DNA of 64,000 bases, taken from positions 64,001-128,000 of the forward strand of contig CAWHCF010000025.1 of assembly GCA_963827655.1 (NCBI GenBank), in the 5' to 3' direction. Source of the DNA: an uncultured Acidobacteriota bacterium (GTDB lineage: Bacteria; Acidobacteriota; UBA6911). Positions 60,546-64,000 of this stretch are shown here, piece by piece. The notes under the pieces are model-generated. The model was not told the origin of the DNA, did not search any database, and worked only from the letters and a program-made list of their open reading frames with translations. Positions within the stretch are counted from its first letter, which is position 1, and every line of letters begins with the position of its first letter. The position numbers and the translations under genes were made by a program.

Positions 60546-62991
60546 CTACTCCTGGTGCAGCGCCGTGAGCGGGTCGAGTCTCGCAGCGCGGCGAGCCGGC
60601 ACGTAGCACGCCAGAAGCGCCACAGCCGTCAAGACCAGAGAGACAACCACAAAGGTCCATGGATCGGTTGGCTCAACCCCGAACAGCAGACGCTCGAGGA
60701 ATCTTGTCAATGCAAGCGAGACCGCCAGTCCGATTGCAACTCCGATAAGGACCAGGCCCATTCCCCGGGTGAGCACGAGCGACAGCACATCGCTTCCGCG
60801 AGCGCCCAATGCCATTCGGATGCCGATCTCGTGCGTGCGCTGGGCCGCCGTGTGCGAGACCACGCCATAGATCCCGATCGACGCCAGAACCAGGGCCAAA
60901 GCAGCGAAGAGCGTGATCAGCAACGCGTTGAATCGTTGTCCCGATGTGGACTCGCCGACGCGCTCCTCCATGGTCCTGACGTGGGTCACCGGCAGGGTCT
61001 TGTCCATCGTCATGACCTCGCGCCGCACGTCGCGGATGAGGCTTTCCGGATTGGCCTGGGTGCGCACGACCAGAGTAAGCGATCTCCGGAGAGCGCTCAG
61101 GGTCGGGCTGCGCGCGATCCAGTTCTGGGAATACACCCAGTACATCTCCGGCTCCGGCTCTGTTCCCATCGACCATTGCCGCACATCGCCCGCCACTCCG
61201 ACGATTTCCCCCCACGCATCGTCATATCCACCGATGGTAATCCGCTTGCCTACCGGATCTTCGCCAGGAAAATACTTGTTCGCCAGGCTGTCGTTGATGA
61301 TGATCGTGCCGGGAGCCCCGCCACTGTCCTGTTGAGTGAACTCCCGCCCCTTCAGAACCGGGATTCTCATGGTCCGGAAATAGCCCGGGCTAACAATGCG
61401 ATATTGCACGACCGGGCCCTTCCCGGGCTCGGGACGGGGATGCCCTTCAATCATAAACGGACGATTGCCGCCGAACCCGCCCAGAGGAATCGCATGGGTG
61501 GCGCCGACTGCCTCCACCCTCGGCAAATCGGCCAGCCGCTGAATGATCTGATCGTAGAACCCCGAGACCTGGTGTCCCTGACTGTAGCCGGCTTCCGGCA
61601 ACCGGACCCGGAACGTAAGCAGGTTACCCGGATCGAAGCCCGTGTTCTGCGCCGTCAGATTCAGAAAGCTGCGTATCATGAGTCCTGCTCCGATCAACAA
61701 CACGAGAGACAGCGCAACCTCGGCCACGACCAGCGCACCCCGAACGCGCACTCGCGCCGTCCCGCTGGAGCCGCGGCTACCCTCCTTGAGCGCCTGGTTC
61801 AAATCAGGTCCGGAGCCTTGCCAGGCCGGCATCAGCCCGAACAGCAGACTGGTCGCGAGCGCCAGCGCGATCGTGAAGCCCACCACGGTCGCATCAATCT
61901 TGATTCTCCAGTTGCCCAGCACCCCTGAGGACTGAGAGCCACCAGACCGTCTACACTCCAGACGGCAAGCAGGAGCCCCAGACTGCCTCCGAACAGTGCC
62001 AGCAGCAGACTTTCCACCAGAAGCAACCGTATAATCCGTGATCGGCGCGCCCCAAGCGCGGCCCGGATCGCCAGTCGCGGGCGCGCCCAGAGGCCCGCGC
62101 CAGCAGAAGATTAGCGACGTTCGCGCACCCTATGAACAGGACAAAGCCGACTGCGCCCAGCAGCGCCAGAAGAATCGGGACGCAGCCCTCTTACCATGAT
62201 CTCGCGGACCGGGACGATGTTCACGCTGATATTGGCGTTGAAGGCCGGATTGGCCTGCGCCAGTTGTTTCGCGATCACGTCCATCTCGGCGCGGGCCTGG
62301 TCAAGCGTGATCCCCGGCTTGAGCCGTGCGATGGTTTGAAGGATGCGACCGCTCATTCCGTCCATTCCGCGTTCGGGATCCAGGGCGGCGGGCATCCATA
62401 GCTCCGTGGTTCGCTTCGGAAAGTGAAACTCCTCGGGCATCACCCCGACAATCGTATATGGACGGTTGTCAAGGACGAGAGTCTGGCCGAGGACATCGGC
62501 CCTGGCATTGAAGCGGCGCCGCCACAGGGCATGGCTCAAAATGGCAACTTGCTCGCTCCCGGGCCTGTCCTCCTCGACCGAGGAACGTCCGGCCCAGGAC
62601 CGGTGTTGCGCGCAGGATCTGGAAGACATTAGCCGATACCCGGGCCCCCTCGAGCAGTTCGGGGGTTTCAAAGCCCGTCAGCGTGACGTTACGCTCTGCC
62701 GTAGGCCGCGATATCTTCGAAAACCTTCTGACGAGCCTTCCACGCGAGATAGTTGCCCGGCGCGACAGTGCTCTGGGTGAATCCTCGCACCAGATTGGCT
62801 TCGTAAAGCACGACGTACCGGTTCGCCTCGGGCATCGGCAACGAGCGCAGCAGCACGGCATGAACCACGCTGAAGAGGGCGGAATTGGCCCCGATTCCCA
62901 ACGCGAGGGTCAGGACCGAGATGAGCGTAAAGCCGGGACTCCGGACCAGCATCCGGAAACCAAAGCGCAGATCCTGAAGCAAGCCATTCAT
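60546..62991 (-). CDS. ADOP-type duplicated ABC permease, about 4 frameshifts
   Basis: [23 protein letters not shown]; LLVES; [14 protein letters not shown]; [17 protein letters not shown]. Confidence 0.9.
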
Positions 62992-63031
62992 CAGAACCTC
63001 CCGCGGAATCGTTTACCAGAGCCTGGGCTAA

Positions 63032-63160
63032 GACAAGAAACGTGCCACAAATCGAGCGGACGCTAATTTATTGAAAAGCCTGAAAATTGAAGAGTCCTGC
63101 CGCGGGAAGCCGGAATCGGAAGCGTCCGTTTTTGGGAATTTCATTTCCAGAATAGGGACG
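63032..63160 (-). promoter_or_regulatory. Sigma54-type promoter with IHF-like site and paired upstream activator sites
   Basis: TGGCACGTTTCTTGT (63047-63033); TTTCAATAAATTA (about 63075-63063); inverted pair cgtccgtttttgggaa / ttccagaatagggacg (63123-63160). Confidence 0.55.
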
Positions 63161-63223
63161 TTTCTTCGTGTCTTCGTGGTTGGAGCTACAAATACCACGA
63201 AGACTCAGAAGAAACACAAGAAG
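63160..63223. repeat. 9-mer-periodic repeat, inverted pair
   Basis: tttcttcgtgtcttcgtggtt...ataccacgaagactcagaagaaacacaagaa. Confidence 0.75.
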
Positions 63224-63267
63224 CGGAGGGCGGAGTTGATGCCCGCCTCCGTGCCGACGCTCTCTGA

Positions 63268-64000
63268 TCAGAAACTGAATCGAGCGCCCAACTGCATCTG
63301 CCGCTCGCGCACAAGATTGGTTCCGGTCGCGCTCGCCGTCCCGAATTCCGCGCGGGGGAATAGAGTGGTGCCGACCACGTTGTATTGCAGAGTATTGAGC
63401 CCGGTGACATTCGTGCGGTTGAGGAGATTGAAAGCCTCCCAGATCAGCTCGAGCTTCATCCGTTCCGACAGCCGAAACGCGCGGGCGAGACGAACGTCCA
63501 CCGAAGCAAACCCTGGCGACGTGAATGTGTTCCGGCCGACAAACGGAACTCGGTTGCTTCCACCGACTCCGAGGATTCCGCCGGATTGGACGAAGCTGGG
63601 TCCGGGATTTCCATTGATCCCACCCGAGTACGGTCGGCCATCCGCCAGGTTCAGAATTCCCGAGAGCTGGAAGCCGTTGAGAATCGCGCGGACAGGGCGC
63701 GATTCGATTCCGCCGAACGGCAGGATCCAGTATCCCGACATTGAGAACCGCTTCCTCTGATCGAAGTCCGAGAGCGAACGATCGCCGCGGACGTCAAAGG
63801 GATTCAACGGCTGATTGAACGTCGAAAAAGTAATGGAGCTCTGGTCATCGTCAATGGCCTTGGATATCGTCAGCGACGCCTGCATCTGGAATCCCTTCGA
63901 GAAGCGTTGCTTGGCCTGGAAAACGAAGCCGTGATACCAGGTGTTGACCACGCTGTCGACCACCGTGATGCGCCCGTAGGCCGCATTGGGCCGGTTCGTG
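63268..64000 (-). CDS. TonB-dependent receptor, C-terminal part (partial)
   Basis: GRNTF..PGF..VDVRL, EAFNLLN, terminal RQMQLGARFSF. Confidence 0.88.
   Translation of the reverse strand, partial: TNRPNAAYGRITVVDSVVNTWYHGFVFQAKQRFSKGFQMQASLTISKAIDDDQSSITFSTFNQPLNPFDVRGDRSLSDFDQRKRFSMSGYWILPFGGIESRPVRAILNGFQLSGILNLADGRPYSGGINGNPGPSFVQSGGILGVGGSNRVPFVGRNTFTSPGFASVDVRLARAFRLSERMKLELIWEAFNLLNRTNVTGLNTLQYNVVGTTLFPRAEFGTASATGTNLVRERQMQLGARFSF

Noticed and set aside
232-61928. Long antisense or alternative-frame ORFs (e.g. 10301-11914, 24596-26203, 34925-36448, 60444-61928)
   Set aside because: Shadows of well-supported genes in GC-rich DNA with no recognisable motifs
124-63223. 9-mer repeats or REP clusters as a CRISPR array
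   Set aside because: Dispersed and degenerate, with no regular repeat-spacer periodicity and no cas genes

Overview
GC-rich bacterial window whose gene content points to Acidobacteriota (inference: five Oar-like TonB-dependent receptors, two ADOP-type duplicated ABC permeases, DUF1592/DUF1552 clusters). Many genes are broken by single-base frameshifts, most simply explained by uncorrected long-read indels. There are no rRNA, tRNA, CRISPR, integrase, reverse transcriptase or intact transposase genes. Contents: exported hydrolases beside TonB-dependent receptors; two divergent paralogous operons (cytochrome c DUF1592-type, DUF1552, ankyrin) separated by a VapBC module; three toxin-antitoxin pairs and a Uma2 nuclease; amtB. 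Best candidates for undescribed biology: (1) a CHAT caspase-like protease with a TPR-like tail next to a Macro-TIR fusion (36.9-39.7 kb), resembling a new Thoeris-like/caspase immune module; (2) an orphan DUF4157 (eCIS-core) protein with Ig-like repeats followed by a low-GC partner gene (46.2-49.6 kb); (3) a tandem two-terminator, three-hairpin ANTAR-like attenuator upstream of amtB; (4) at least four families of small non-coding repeats, including a MITE that abuts stop codons. All family assignments come from motif recognition, not database searches.
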